A DNA stretch of 64,000 nucleotides, from NCBI GenBank assembly GCA_051362555.1, contig CM120645.1, forward strand, positions 3,410,001 through 3,474,000. Direction: 5' to 3'. How positions within the stretch are numbered: position 1 is the first letter of the stretch; the number at the start of each line of letters is the position of its first letter. Shown piece by piece: positions 1-13,140 of the stretch. The notes beneath the pieces are model-generated. The model was not told the origin of the DNA and did not search any database. It saw only the letters and a program-made list of their open reading frames with translations. A program made the position numbers and the translations under genes. This DNA is from Lingula anatina. Taxonomy: Eukaryota > Animalia > Brachiopoda.

Positions 1-170
1 TAGTGGATAATTAAACAGTCACATTATACACTTGAGACACAAAGTGCATGTACATGTACCAGTACGTACATTAACAACTCAGAAGCAGGCAAATATGAGA
101 ACTTGAAAACTAAGAAGCTGGCTGTAGTTTTTTTTTTTTTTTTTTCATTTATGAAACAAAGTATATTCAC

Positions 171-2592
171 CTAACTCCATCTCCTTCATGGCATGGTTGA
201 ACATGTCTGTATCAAAGATGAGTTTCATCAAGTCCTGGGTGGGTTTATCTAGCTTACATGGTAAGATGGGGGAGGGGGCAGCACCCATGTCAGCCTCATC
301 TAATGCAGCAAGCTAGAGAAGAATACTTTTATTATTACATATAATTGTGAAAATCGATCATTCTTGAGCCACTTATCTGCTAATACTCACATTAAATGTG
401 AGTATATTATTCATTTTTATCATGCACTTTGGTATTAGTTTAATTTACATTGATTATGAACTGTCAAGAACTACTAGAATACATTAATTGCATGAACCTG
501 CATAGAATCTATGGCTACATACTAATACTCATACGTACATATAGTGATAAATACAGATACTCAGCACATTTTGTATAACCGAAAGATTATGCAAGGAAAC
601 ATGATTATATTAAGCTTATCAAAAGTAGGCCAAACAAGTGCATGTAACAATACTAAATAATGTCCTTGTAACGCGTGTTACGTAACCTTCCAGTATGATA
701 TGACATATTAATCCTCAGTCTCAGATATATTCATAAGGAGTACTTGGTTTAAGTTCATTGTTTCAAATATTCAGTGTAATTATCTGATTTGTGAAATGAA
801 AATTAATTCTTGAAACAGACAAGTTCAAACATGAAGTGTACTTTTTACACTACCGCATTTTTATGAGTCATCTGATGATTTTGTATCCAATAAATATACC
901 GTATCATGTATTTACTGGCACCAATTCAATGCTCATCCTTAGATGAAAGGTGTTTTCATCAGTTTGCTGGATATTTTTAGCCACTGGCAAATCATTGGTC
1001 TGGACTAATATCAATGGAAATTTCTGCATATTTCTATATAAGCTTCAACAGAAAGAAGCATTTCACATTTTGCCAAAATCTACAAATTTAAGGTGAACAT
1101 GCATTATCACAGTCCCTATTTCTTACTTTCTTTTTGGTCTCTTCCATTGCCTCATCATCACTCTCATCATCATCCATCTCTAAGAGGGTATATTTCCCAG
1201 GATGAGGTGTAAAACTGGCACGGTTTTCCCAGGCGTTCTTGGTCTTGTCACGGAACTTCTTGCAGAAATCAGCCACTGCACTTTTCTCGTCTAATGGTCC
1301 CTTTAACATGTCCTGGCCTGACTCTCCCTACAAAACAATAATAAATTAATTAATTAATTAATTAATTAATTAATAAACAAATAAGTAACCAAAAAAAAAA
1401 AATGGAGACAGAAATATTTCAATGGTAGAAAACATGCAAATCTCTCAAATAAAAGCATTGACATATTAGAAAAATAAATTAATATGCATTTTTTCTATTG
1501 AAAGAAAATAATTCATGAGAAATTAATATTTACTATGGTACCTTGAACAAGAAATTACAGCTATGAAAATTTTCTTGGGAACTTTAACAATTCTCCAACA
1601 GTTAACAATAAGGCACAATCTATACTCTATTCAAAATTGTTGAGAAAATTATAATCAAGTTTTATTTTTACCATCATAAGCTATCAACAATAATTTACCA
1701 GTATCCAAATTCCATTTTTCTAATACCATCATTTTCTGTCACTTTCAAAAACATAATTATTTGTCAAGAACCACTTTGGAGTATCACTTTTATTTTCTTT
1801 TTAGTGCTTCATTTTTTTTTCAATTTATTTGTAACGTGTCAGCCTAGGATAAATATATACTGGGAAATGTAATTTTTTTTCAGTTTTGTTCAAATTTTCA
1901 GAGTAATTACCATATAAACTTACCACTCTACCCCACCTAATCCACGCATAGAAATTATTGCCAACTTTGGTCTTCAGAACTTGAATGACATAGTACTTGT
2001 TGTTATTGTGCCCTATGTTGGTCTGGTTCAGCATGCAGTCATACTCCTCCCACACCTACATGTAAAGGGGGAATTAAAATATAATAATGCAAATTCAATA
2101 TCATATGTATTAATTGGTGCATATAAAGAACAACCTTTTGAGTGAATAAATGTTAAGCAGTGGATTAATCCACTTACAAATAACAACACAACAGGATAAG
2201 TTATGAGATGGGGGGGGGGGGGATGATGACAAAAATTATTTATTTGAAGTTGGATCTTGGTTGACTCGGGGTCTAAGCCTGCAAAGTACTATTCTCAATA
2301 GAGGGGTGTGTCTCAAACTCAGGGTACACATGAAGAAAGGGGAGAGGGGGTCACCCCTCAATTTCATTAATCTATCCCTCTATTGTCCATGTACTTGGTG
2401 CATACTTACGTCCACATTACCAGCTATCGGACACAACTTGTCCACCTTAATATTCTTCCTCTTCCCAGAGCCTGTGGACTTTAATGCTTTAATGGCAGTC
2501 TGCAAGTCAGAATCAGCAGCGGCAGAGTCCGCCTTCTTGGCTTTCTTTCCCCCTGCCTTTCCTCCAGCAGGAGCTTTCCTCTTTGGTGGCAT
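171..2592 (-). CDS. PARP3: PARP3-like poly(ADP-ribose) polymerase, 5' part (WGR domain and start of regulatory domain); gene continues beyond the left edge
   Basis: Coding exons 2592-2410, 2055-1924, 1327-1127 and 312-171, all with GT-AG borders and consistent phase. A basic N-terminus (MPPKRKAPAGGK) precedes the WGR domain (YDCMLNQTNIGHNNNKYYVIQVL...WGRVGE...FCKKFRDKTKNAWENR...PGKYTLLEM), then PCKLDKPTQDLMKLIFDTDMFNHAMKEMEL. There are no N-terminal zinc fingers or BRCT domain, which points to the PARP3 type. A probable non-coding first exon has its donor near 2835. Confidence 0.9.
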
Positions 2593-2934
2593 TGTATTGT
2601 AGTGTACAGTAAATAATGGTGGTGGAGCCGGTCTGATGGAGCTTGCAGGCCACTGGCACTGAAGAAGATATGCTACCCGTTTATGTGCCAGTACTGTACA
2701 TGTACGTGTAAATGTGGATGTACTATTACTGCATGTCTGTGCCGCCTACTCTAGTGTTGCAAAGAAAAAATAAATGCAAAAAACACATAAACAATGTTGC
2801 AAAATCTTCGAATTTAACTGTAAACTTTTACTTACCTGACGATTTGAGTTGTCAATGGCAAGAACAGACGCCGCGGCCTTTTAAATCGCACACAACGATT
2901 TATTGACAAGCGAAGTCTTGTTTGTGCTTGCCCA

Positions 2935-2970
2935 TCACTAACCAATCATTGGCCGCTTCCGGGTTGTGTA
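2935..2970. promoter_or_regulatory. Putative PARP3 proximal promoter (CCAAT boxes and ETS-like CTTCCGG)
   Basis: ACCAATCATTGG at 2941-2952 and GCTTCCGGGTT near 2955-2965 lie just upstream of the inferred first exon. Motif match only. Confidence 0.35.
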
Positions 2971-3539
2971 AATAACATATAGGTGTCGCAGTAGTTGTAT
3001 CCAAGACAAGACACCCCTCCTATCCAATGCCACAGGGGGAGGGGTGGCGGCCTCATTTGGGTGGGGAGGAACACATAAAAACATGTCTGTTACCCATTCT
3101 TAGAAAAAAAACGTCGAATAATGGTCACATCTGAGGTGTTTAGGGTTAATGGGTAGAATGGGAAGGTAAAGGACATCGACGGAGGGGGGGAGGTGCACAG
3201 AGATATAATGTACTCACGAAAATTGAGCATAATTGATGAGTTCTTGCATTTCCCCAACAATATTTTGTTAGTGGCAAAAGAAAACTACTAGTATGATCTG
3301 AAAAATTCTGAAAAACCAGTTGGGTTCAGAAAGTTAATTACTTTGAGTACAAGTGACTAGCATAGAAAAGATAATTAAGATATCTGAGTAATTGAGTTGA
3401 TAGCATTTTGTGAGTACGTGAGTTCCGTGCCAGGAATCTCAATTAAATACTTACGTATATCTTTTTCCGAGAAAGTAGAAGTTTTCCCAGTTTTTTTGCA
3501 AGTCCTAGTGCCCATCTTAAGAAATGGCATATGGACCTT

Positions 3540-3563
3540 AGTACGTACGTACGTACGTACGTA
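3540..3563. repeat. (GTAC)n microsatellite
   Basis: gtacgtacgtacgtacgtacgta read directly. Confidence 0.9.
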
Positions 3564-6376
3564 GCAAGAACATACAGTAGGGGGCCTACTTAATTTTTTC
3601 CACCTGAGATGCTGAATTCTTGTGTCGATTGATGTGTTGTGCTGCTGAACTTCTGTCGTTAAAATACTTTTGCCGTTCGCTTGCAAATGTTCTTCTACAT
3701 AGGGCCTATGCGACAACAATTCATTTCGAGGGTCCTGGTATTTGCGAAAGCAACTTTTTATTTACCGATGTCGGTCACATATATAAAAATTCGCAATCAT
3801 TTTTGGTAACTTGAGGGGTGTAGGGTGTACACAAACGAATAGAAGGGAAGACGGGGGGTGGGGGGTGGTGCTGGTTGTGCCTATCTCCCCTGTGTAGCCA
3901 TTTTCGTTGAACATTAGGCCTAAGGAAGGACAACAGTATTTTGTGTCGATTAATATACTTGACATAGTACGTACCATGCGTATAGTACGTACCATACGCA
4001 TGGGCATATATTCTACGATCAGAATACCGATTAACTTCATCGTCAGGCCTTTCGTGGTGTACTGATGCACTGTGTACATGATATGTACATGCATGTAGGC
4101 CTATATACATTTGGTTTCAATGTGCTGCTTCTTCCCTTACATACCGGTATATGCGTTACTATCAACCGTTCTACGGCTAATGGTACATGTAGCTCTATGC
4201 GTCGTTGGAAACGTCAAAGAACGACAGAAGCGATGTGGCGGCAAATCTGTCAAATTCCCTAAGGTGTCATAACGTGGATACATTATTGCACTATATATAG
4301 TATCCTTATCTTCTGTTGTACTTTTACGGGACTTCGATCACTACCAATTGTGTCTGAATTTTTGCACAATTCCTGCTCCTGTTCACATAACCAGGGTGAT
4401 AATAACAGTATGACTAAAACACCCCAAAAGTACGTCCGCTCGCTGGTTATTTATAAAGTGTCATTTCAGAGCACCCCGACTTTCAGGGGTTAAAGGAGAC
4501 AGTCCTGTTATCCGCATTCCAGTATCTGATAACAGGGGTGAATTTCCAGAGACCTCAGGACCCAGGGTGTGCCACTGGGATAATTAACCCAGCATCGGAA
4601 CCACATCCTCCAGGAAATGGTAAGCTGTTGATTATAATTATTTTCGGTAATGATTATATCATAAACGGCACTTTTTTCTTTCGCTTCAACGCAACGAGCA
4701 CAGATCGTTCTCGGTCACGTTAATTATTCACTTTGAAGTCCAGGAAGGTTATGTTTCATTACATCATATGGAATAAAAATCAATCAACGCTGCTGTCGCA
4801 GATGCAATAAAAGAGACTTGTATGGGTGCGCGGCACTCATGATATCAGAGGTAGTAATACTATACACATAAGTGATACATGTAATTTCAGCTTGCAGTAA
4901 CATTAATCTGAGTAATCTGAAATGAAAAATGTTAAAATCACAAGTCTAATCTTTCAGCCGATCTTTCTTTGTTACATTATTTGTGCATGTAGGGGATAAT
5001 TCCCATAGCGTATTCTGTACGTGTTGAAGTAAGAATAAATTCCGTGACGGTGTTTGGAACAAAGCAGATAAGCATTAAAATCTGCTTTCGGCTAGTTTTA
5101 GATTTATTGCGTTGTACTATTACTGCATTGTAAATCATACGAAAGTGGTGAGGGCTGCTACACTTCCATTTGTAATTAGTACTGAATGAAATAACACATT
5201 TGTGAAACTGCTATAAATCATTCACTTTTATCTGATAACTTTTCCCATTAAATCCGATTTCCTTCGATTATTCTACAAAATCGTTAACGCTCCTATGCCG
5301 TCGTGCCAAAAACATAAAAGATTATCTGTAATGCCTACGTCACAAAAGCGGTTAAGACCCAATGAATCAAATTGTTAATTTTTTAGCATACCGTTTGCTG
5401 ATAAATTATTCAGTCACGAACGCCCGAACATCATTTCCGTGTAATCTACACTGTTAGATCGGTAATATCTGTTGACTTATCTCGGTCTACATAGCATTGA
5501 AAAGTGGCTGAGTTTGACTGGCTGGTACATGTAAGCGGGCCTTATTTTCTTGTGCTCTAATTTTGCATATAAGCAAAAGTTCAAGCAATCAATATGTTGA
5601 AACAGTTTTGCATACACAGAACAATTCACAAATGACGAAACATAGAAAACGATAACAATATCACACAGTAAACAATATTTATATTGACACTGAATTTTGA
5701 TATAGATATAAATCACTGAAACTTAGTTTTATTTTCCGAAACACAACGAGGTATAGTAAAAAATCTCATACTCTAGTCCGGCATCCAATACCTTCCCCTT
5801 AATGGCTAATCCACCTTTACTCAAATGACTGCATCCAAACGAATTTTCTAGAAAAACACCATCTGTGGTCAATAAATAATCATCTCAAAACTCAAGAACC
5901 CAAGACGCGTTATTAATTTTAAATGTTCCAAAGATCGTTTATTTAATGTCACATGCTAGCCATTATCACGGAGCAAGTACTGGTCTGCACCATTAGCCTT
6001 GCGTCTAATGTATACGTAACAGGTCCACTTACAAACACTATTACGGATTCTTCTTGTGTAAAAGTCTACAAAACCTGTGCTTTATAAGTTTAGGCCAACT
6101 TTCGTGCTACGGCTCTTTTGTGAAACAGTCCTCAGGTCAACAATGGATGCACTCTAAAAATCATATATATGTGAAACCCGCCCATACTAAATGTAGGCCA
6201 TTTGCAAATGCAATGGAATATGCCCAGAGTAAAGAGAAAAACGCCCTTAACAGCTATGGAATAGACGATGTTGCCTTTTATGGCTACTGAAAATATTACT
6301 TGCAGCAATCCTAATTGGTTTGACATTTAAAGAAAAACGAAACAAAAGCAAGCAACATTACATTTGTTTTGTCACA

Positions 6377-6584
6377 CAGTGGCGGATTTAGAGGGGGGGT
6401 CAGGGGGTCCTTCTATTTCTGGTCCCTTCTTGAAATTAGAATTTTGACAAGGTGAATCATATAGTTCTAAACCGTACCAAATAGCGCCGTTCGCCCTCTA
6501 AAACACCAAGTAGGGCGGTGAGATGGGGGAAGGGTCGGCTTCGCATCCGCGGACCCCCCTTCAAATAATCCTGGATCCGCCCCT
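6377..6584. mobile_element. PIF/Harbinger-like MITE (GGGGCGGATCCAG-type termini), degraded
   Basis: The left end cagtggcggatttagaggggggg and right end cctggatccgcccct form an imperfect TIR. The same terminal motif recurs at 44241-44400 and as fragments near 21800, 58990 and 59090. Confidence 0.6.
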
Positions 6585-9103
6585 ATTACATCAGCTCTGA
6601 GCAAATGACAGAATATCGTATTTTGCAATCATGCGAACTTCTTTTATTTCCCAAAGCGATATCTGTATTTACAGAACAAGCTACAGCCAATTATATTGAT
6701 ATCTTACCAAAACACCCCACATCTATGTTTTTTTCGGAGAAAAGCGCATGAACTATTGATCATGACGGATAGGTGACGGGATATTTTATTCGGAAGGTCT
6801 TTATTTTTTCCGGCACTACATCGACCAAATATATATGCGCAGCGGTATGAAAAATATGGCGGATATCATTGTTACCATTTACTTTACTTCAATTTGTGCC
6901 GGCCATTCACTGGTTCAAACTAGGGGTCTTGTTAGCAGACACACAGGAATTATCGTAAACCCCAAATTTTCCTACCGCCTTCTCCATGTTCGCAACCCCA
7001 CTAACTGAAGCTTTGTACCCACCAGGGACCACGCTCCCTCCTATGTCAGCTGAGGTGTCGGCCATTTTTGCTACGCTCTATGTTCAGTCTATAAGAAGAC
7101 ACTAGAAGCCATACAGGCAAATCCTAATGCCGTGGTGGTTCGGCTCTGGTTCGTTCCGAAGTTATGATGTGTGAACACTCTCCACAATAACGTACATCAT
7201 ATGAGAATATTAGTAATTTTGTAACGCTGCTCATTGATTCGCAATGGCCTTGCATCACATGCGGTTTGTGATAACATTTTTAAAATCAATCACAAGAACC
7301 CTTTATCGCTCATTTGCCACCAGATCGGAAATATTTTTTTCAATCATGACAAATATTGTCATTTTGTCTGTGAACTTGATTAACGACTCTCCTCGGGGAT
7401 TCCAACGAAGGGAATGACGCGTTCATATGTGCTCAGCGACCGGTATTCCGACGACCGAGTAACTGCAAAAACGTCGATCGACTTAAAACAAACGTTTGAT
7501 AAGCCAAACATTTGATTTCCCGTGGCACATCGCGTGTGGAAATTGGGGAAGCAATACCAGGTCAATCGAAGCCGAAGTCAGCTGATGCTAAGCGACTGAA
7601 TCGAACTATTGGACACGGTCCAACATCTGGCAAATCCGAATGGATATTCCGTGGCGGGTTCCAACAATTATTTTAGTGCATACGCCGAGAAGAACGCAGA
7701 TCACTGAGTAACTTAGAGACGGGCTAATGTAAGAAGTGGAAATTCAAATTGCATTTTTTCCTTGCGTAACATGATATATCTAAAACAGTGCGTTTGCCAA
7801 CGCTTCTCAGACTAAATGGGACTCTGTTCAATTTACTAAAGGTTATAATAGTATTTGGTAGGAGGGGTTGGGGGTTCGAAAGGACTGCCCTTTGGCCGGT
7901 AAAGGTCAGCTCATAATCACACTTTGATAAAGGTTCCTTTGCTACTTCTCAAATTGAGTCAACTAAGAGGGTAAAGTGCTATAAACAAAAGAATCTACTC
8001 TTCACAATTACTTCAGGGCTGGAATTTTCTGCCGTTTCAGTCAGAAGTATATTACAAGACATGAAAGTAGATTCGGTACATGCACAGAACCTCTTTTAGA
8101 TCGCAGATAAGATCGACCTGTCAATCCGAAATAATGCGTTTGCATTCACTGCGTTTGCCGACCAAACCGCCTATATTTCCGGTCGTAAGAACACTACTTG
8201 GATCAACGCCGAATCGGTCCTTTTTCAACAATCTTTGTGAAAGACATTTTGACATGTTGCTATTATTATTGTCACTGCATACGTTGCCAAGAACGCTGTT
8301 AAGATCAACGTAACAATTTCTGGAGATACGCACTGGGTTATTTCTGGGGCGATTCCAGTGCGTTAGATACCCAATAAAGCTATTGGTGCAAATACAGTGC
8401 TTATGCCTTGAGCTAGAGGAAAGCTATTGAAATACCTGTAAGGGGATGGCCGACATTTATCGATTCTGATTGGGCAACAGTGTGCAGTTTTTAACTGGAT
8501 TGCCAGACTGAAGACACCTGCAAGTCCGCTGTTTAGATCTGCGTGGAACCAATTGAACATTTCAGCAATTCTGATTGGATATTTCAACGCGGTTTCCATG
8601 TATAGAAGAAGGACGTAACGAAACTGCTAGAACTGCATGCTTTCAGGAACGCTGTAAAGACTGGAGCAACTGACAGTTCTGGCCAGACGTTCCTTTGCAA
8701 TATTCAACAAAAATTGAGACCACTACTGAGGTTGTCTTGGAAACGGCCAATTAACCTGACAGTCAGACTGTATATGTCTATTTAATCGCCGTTTTTATAA
8801 GGTTTGTTACTCTATTCGCTGCCGATAACACTGCTGACAGCAAAAACGGTCAATATCTAGAGCTTTTGATCGAGTATCTTTCTGAAAATTTTGTCGGTAC
8901 GAACTCCATCGACAACGCTTTCCGGATATATGCTGTGAAGTGTGGTTCCCTCCGACTGGCATGGGCATGGGTATGGTGAGTATCAAATTAATTTTTAAAA
9001 CAATAGCTGTGAGGTTTGGTTTTGGATGAAAATGAAAATTTATATCCAAGTCTTTTTATTTTTTCAATTCTGCGAAGAGAGAAGAGAGTAGTAACTGATT
9101 TCG

Positions 9104-9142
<39 letters not shown>

Positions 9143-10759
9143 ATTATAGGTTTTGTGACTTATCAGCATCAGATACATGTAACTTAAGATATAATCCTTA
9201 AAACTGCGTATCAGAAGTGAATAGAAAAATGATCCAATATTCAAGACCATGCACGAAAACTCGCAGTGGGGAGAAAAGGCAGCCCCGCCAGATATAAAAG
9301 AAAAAAATTTGCAGTCAAAATGGCGTTTTTGCATTTCAGGAGTTGGGCCGTGCACGTTCCGTGCAAGACATATTTATCCATTATTCTGTTGCATTGTCTG
9401 AACATATATCGAAGTTGTCGCAGAAATTGAAACAGTCCGTTTTTAATTATATTAATATTGTCATCATCCCATCGATAAAAAATAAGCCACGCTTCGTCTT
9501 CTGCCTATAATTACGTTTTTCAAAAGATCTCTGTTTAGATGAGGCGTTGCTCATAATGATTATATATCATTTATCAGAACTGAGTAGAGTGACGACCTCT
9601 GATAAGATATGATAATCGTCAACCCCCTTTCTTTCTGTAAATGACAGACGTACGTCAATGTACAATGCATATAGTCCACGTGTGATATCTTATTGTTAAA
9701 GCCCGCTAAGTAATAATGATTGCCTTGGTGCGCGTAATCTCAGGGCAAATATAGTTTTGATGGGCTTTTTACGACTTCAGAAACATGAATGGTCTTTCAA
9801 CGCTACATGTAACCACTGAACTGCATGCATTAAGCCGGCCCACGTAAAATTGGCGCCTCAGCAGTCAAAAGAGTCAAAGTTGATGACATCATTTGCGTCA
9901 AAAGTGACGGTCACGGGAAATAAAAGGACAATATAAAATGTGTGCAAGAAAATTGCATCCGGTGTGGTATTTACAAAAGGCAAAGTGGTGAGCAGATTGC
10001 CAAAGGCAAAACACACGCACAGACATATGCAGCGAAAATAAACAATATAATGAAGAAAGGGCAAAAAGAAATTAAAGCATCAGGTTAGTTGAGCGATAAG
10101 CAACAAATTATTTTCATTTTTTACCCGTTTACATATACATTAGTCAAAATAGGCCTCTAGTATGCCATACCCCAATAAGGTTTGAGGAATTGACGTCGTG
10201 GCGTTTATGGCCTGACAGGGCTTGCTCCATTTCTTCTTTTAAAGTGTGAAAAAGTCTCCAAAGGCTTCTGCTCACTGCACTGATTAAAAAGGGGTTCCCT
10301 AGACCCCCTATTAATCTAAAATTAATAGGAAAAACAGAACGGCTGTCAAAACATTCTCTCTTCTAGAAGTCGTTGCGTAGAAGCGTGGATCTCACATTCC
10401 GCTCATTTCTGGAATAATTCATTGATCTTTGGTTCCAATTAATGAACCTTGGCTTATTATTTGGCAATATAGATGTCAGAAACGCTCTCAAAGCACCACT
10501 CTTGTGGTATGGTCCACATTAATGTCTCTTGAGGGTGGATTTGGTGAGCGCAAAACTGATATTTTCAATTATAAGTTGACTTTACTTGAACCTGTTAGAA
10601 TGTATTAGGCACGGACGTTAAGTAACTGCTGGTTGTCTCGGGCGTTTTATAAGCATGCTTACAGTCTTCAGGAACTATTTCAGACATACATAACAACTAA
10701 TTTCTACCAGACATATGTTGATACTACGAGCCAAAACATATGCCTTCATTAGTGGCAAA

Positions 10760-11260
10760 ATACCATTGCCATCGGCCATACACCATACCACATACGAAAA
10801 TATACCACTGTACCATCGGCCATACACCATGCCACATACCAAAATATAACATTACCATCGGCCATACACCATGCCGTATACCAAAATATAACATTACCAT
10901 CGGCCATACACCATGCCACACACGAAAATATACCACTGTACCATCGGCCATACACCATGCCACATACCAAAATATAACATTACCATCGGCCATACACCAT
11001 GCCACATACCAAAATATAACATTACCACAGGCCATACACCATGCCACATACCAAAATATACTAATGTACCATCGGCCATACACCATGCCACATACGAAAA
11101 TATACCACTGTACCATCGGCCATACACCATGCCACATACCAAAATATTCCATTATAACTGGTCACGCTCCAAACCACATACCAATATATGCATACAGTAC
11201 CATTATCATCGGCCATGTACCATACCATATACCAAAATATACCATTATCATCAGACATGT
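10760..11260. repeat. Minisatellite, 42/44-bp unit (taccatcggccatacaccatgccacataccaaaatataacat), about 11 copies
   Basis: Unit starts at 10811, 10853, 10895, 10939, 10981, 11023, 11067 and 11111, with degenerate copies at both ends. This explains the repetitive ORFs called in several frames here. Confidence 0.95.
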
Positions 11261-11289
11261 AAAGCTTGGTCATGTTCTTCCCTGCATAC

Positions 11290-11840
11290 CCTTCAATAAA
11301 ATACCACTGCTAATATACCGTGCCATGTACCAAAGTATACTATAAATTAATATTGGTCATGTACTGCTCTGAATACCATATAATAAAACATCACTGCTAA
11401 TATACCTTACCATGTACCAAAGTATACTATCAATATTGGACATGTACTACTCTGAATACCATATACTAAAATATCACTGCTAATATACCTTACCATGTAC
11501 CAAAGTATACTATCAATATTGGACATGTACTACTCTGAATACCATATACTAAAATATCACTGTTAATATACCTTACCATGTACCAAAGTATACTATCAAT
11601 ATTGGACATGTACTACTCTGAATACCATATACTAAAATATCACTGCTAATATACCTTACTATGTACCAAAGTATACTATCAATATTGGACATGTACTACT
11701 CTGAATACCATATACTAAAATATCACTGCTAATATACCTTACCATGTACCAAAGTATACTATCAATATTGGACATGTACTACTCTGAATACCATATACTA
11801 AAATATCACTGCTAATATACCGTGCCATGTACTAAAATAT
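11290..11840. repeat. Minisatellite, 83-bp unit, about 6.5 copies
   Basis: The anchor catgtactac recurs at 11441, 11524, 11607, 11690 and 11773, an exact 83-bp period. Confidence 0.95.
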
Positions 11841-12373
11841 GCAGTCACCCATGACTGATGCAGCTCATCAAGAAGGGCTGAAACTGCGCAATTTTGAGAA
11901 CTTTGAAGCCTTTTATGGGCCTTTTCATTTCTTTTCTTTCAATTGGAACCAGAATGGGCGCCGACTTTTAAAAAGAAATTTGGGTGAAATGTGTTGGATT
12001 CGCCTATGACTGTGTTCTATTCAATTTATCAATTCCTATGCTTTTTACATTGGACTAATATAGATGTTAAGGAAAGTGCATTTAGGTGAAACATCACCGC
12101 CGTTATTCTATTCAGAGACATTTCAAAGAGATCAACGGACCGTCAAGTACAGCTGTTGGCATATTGATAACTAAGGGTCCTTTTACATCTCAGTCAGATA
12201 TTCCTCAATCTTTCGGAGCGATTCGTGATCTCCAAATTGCATATTGTCATAAAAAAATCGATGTGAGATGTGGAAAATGTTTTTCGTCTTGTCATTAGAA
12301 AAACATGCAATATCACGTGCAAACGTCAAAACAGCTGTCAAGTTCGCCAGAACCGAGTTTCAGTACAACTCCA

Positions 12374-12376
<3 letters not shown>

Positions 12377-12433
<57 letters not shown>
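12377..12433. repeat. (AT)n microsatellite
   Basis: Uninterrupted AT run read directly. Confidence 0.97.
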
Positions 12434-12437
<4 letters not shown>

Positions 12438-13036
12438 GCCAAGTAACTATTTGTCGATTGTTTGCCAAAAACAACAGTATGTTCTTTGGTATAAAAACGA
12501 ATAATTCTTTTCCAAGCATTTGTCCTAAATTCCAATGTAAATATAAAATCATTACAACTTACAAAACGGAGCCTCAGAGAAATGTAGATAATCTAAGACT
12601 AAGGAATTATATGTCTCTATATCTAACTACTGTAACGTTTTGGTCCCATGTCAACGTTAAATTTTCCGTATCTTTGGACAGCAACGGTCAGCTTATCTTC
12701 GGTCAATCTCATGGAGAAAACGAAAGGAGGAACTGAAAGTCCTGAGGACCTGCACCATAAGAAATCTGCAGGCCGGGTTGTTTGTGCTATAAAACGCTAA
12801 GCTTGTGGCAAGTAATTCTACGTTGGGGTAGTTAATTCGTGACTGGAGTCGTTATTCTGTGCTCCCAAATTTAAGGCTCGTGTTAGAAAGCTGCAATTAT
12901 CGTTTATGGGGCCTGAGGTCTTCTAAATTCTGTACAGGTCCGTAAGTCGATGTTTACGTAATTTTACCGTTCCTCTGGCTTTTCAGGCAGTCATAACCGG
13001 TCGGACCAGCAGCTTCCCCGAAGCCACTGAAGGTGT

Positions 13037-13091
13037 TCTCTCTCTCTCTCTCTCCTTTCTCTCTCTCTCTCTTTTTCTCTCTCTCTCTCTA

Positions 13092-13140
<49 letters not shown>
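13037..13140. repeat. Compound (CT)n(CA)n microsatellite
   Basis: Read directly. Confidence 0.95.

Noticed and set aside
5900-5913. 14-bp reverse-complement match ccaagacgcgttat to 25420-25433
   Set aside because: The similarity does not extend, and a 14-bp match is expected by chance in 64 kb.
7380-9050. Several 60-80 aa ORFs in CpG-rich intergenic DNA
   Set aside because: No recognisable domain, no consistent splice or phase pattern, and lengths compatible with chance.
10724-11345. Multiple 70-200 aa ORFs on both strands (IGHTPCHIPKY, WYVAWCMADG repeats)
   Set aside because: These are translations of the 42/44-bp minisatellite. The 44-bp units shift the frame, which argues against coding selection.
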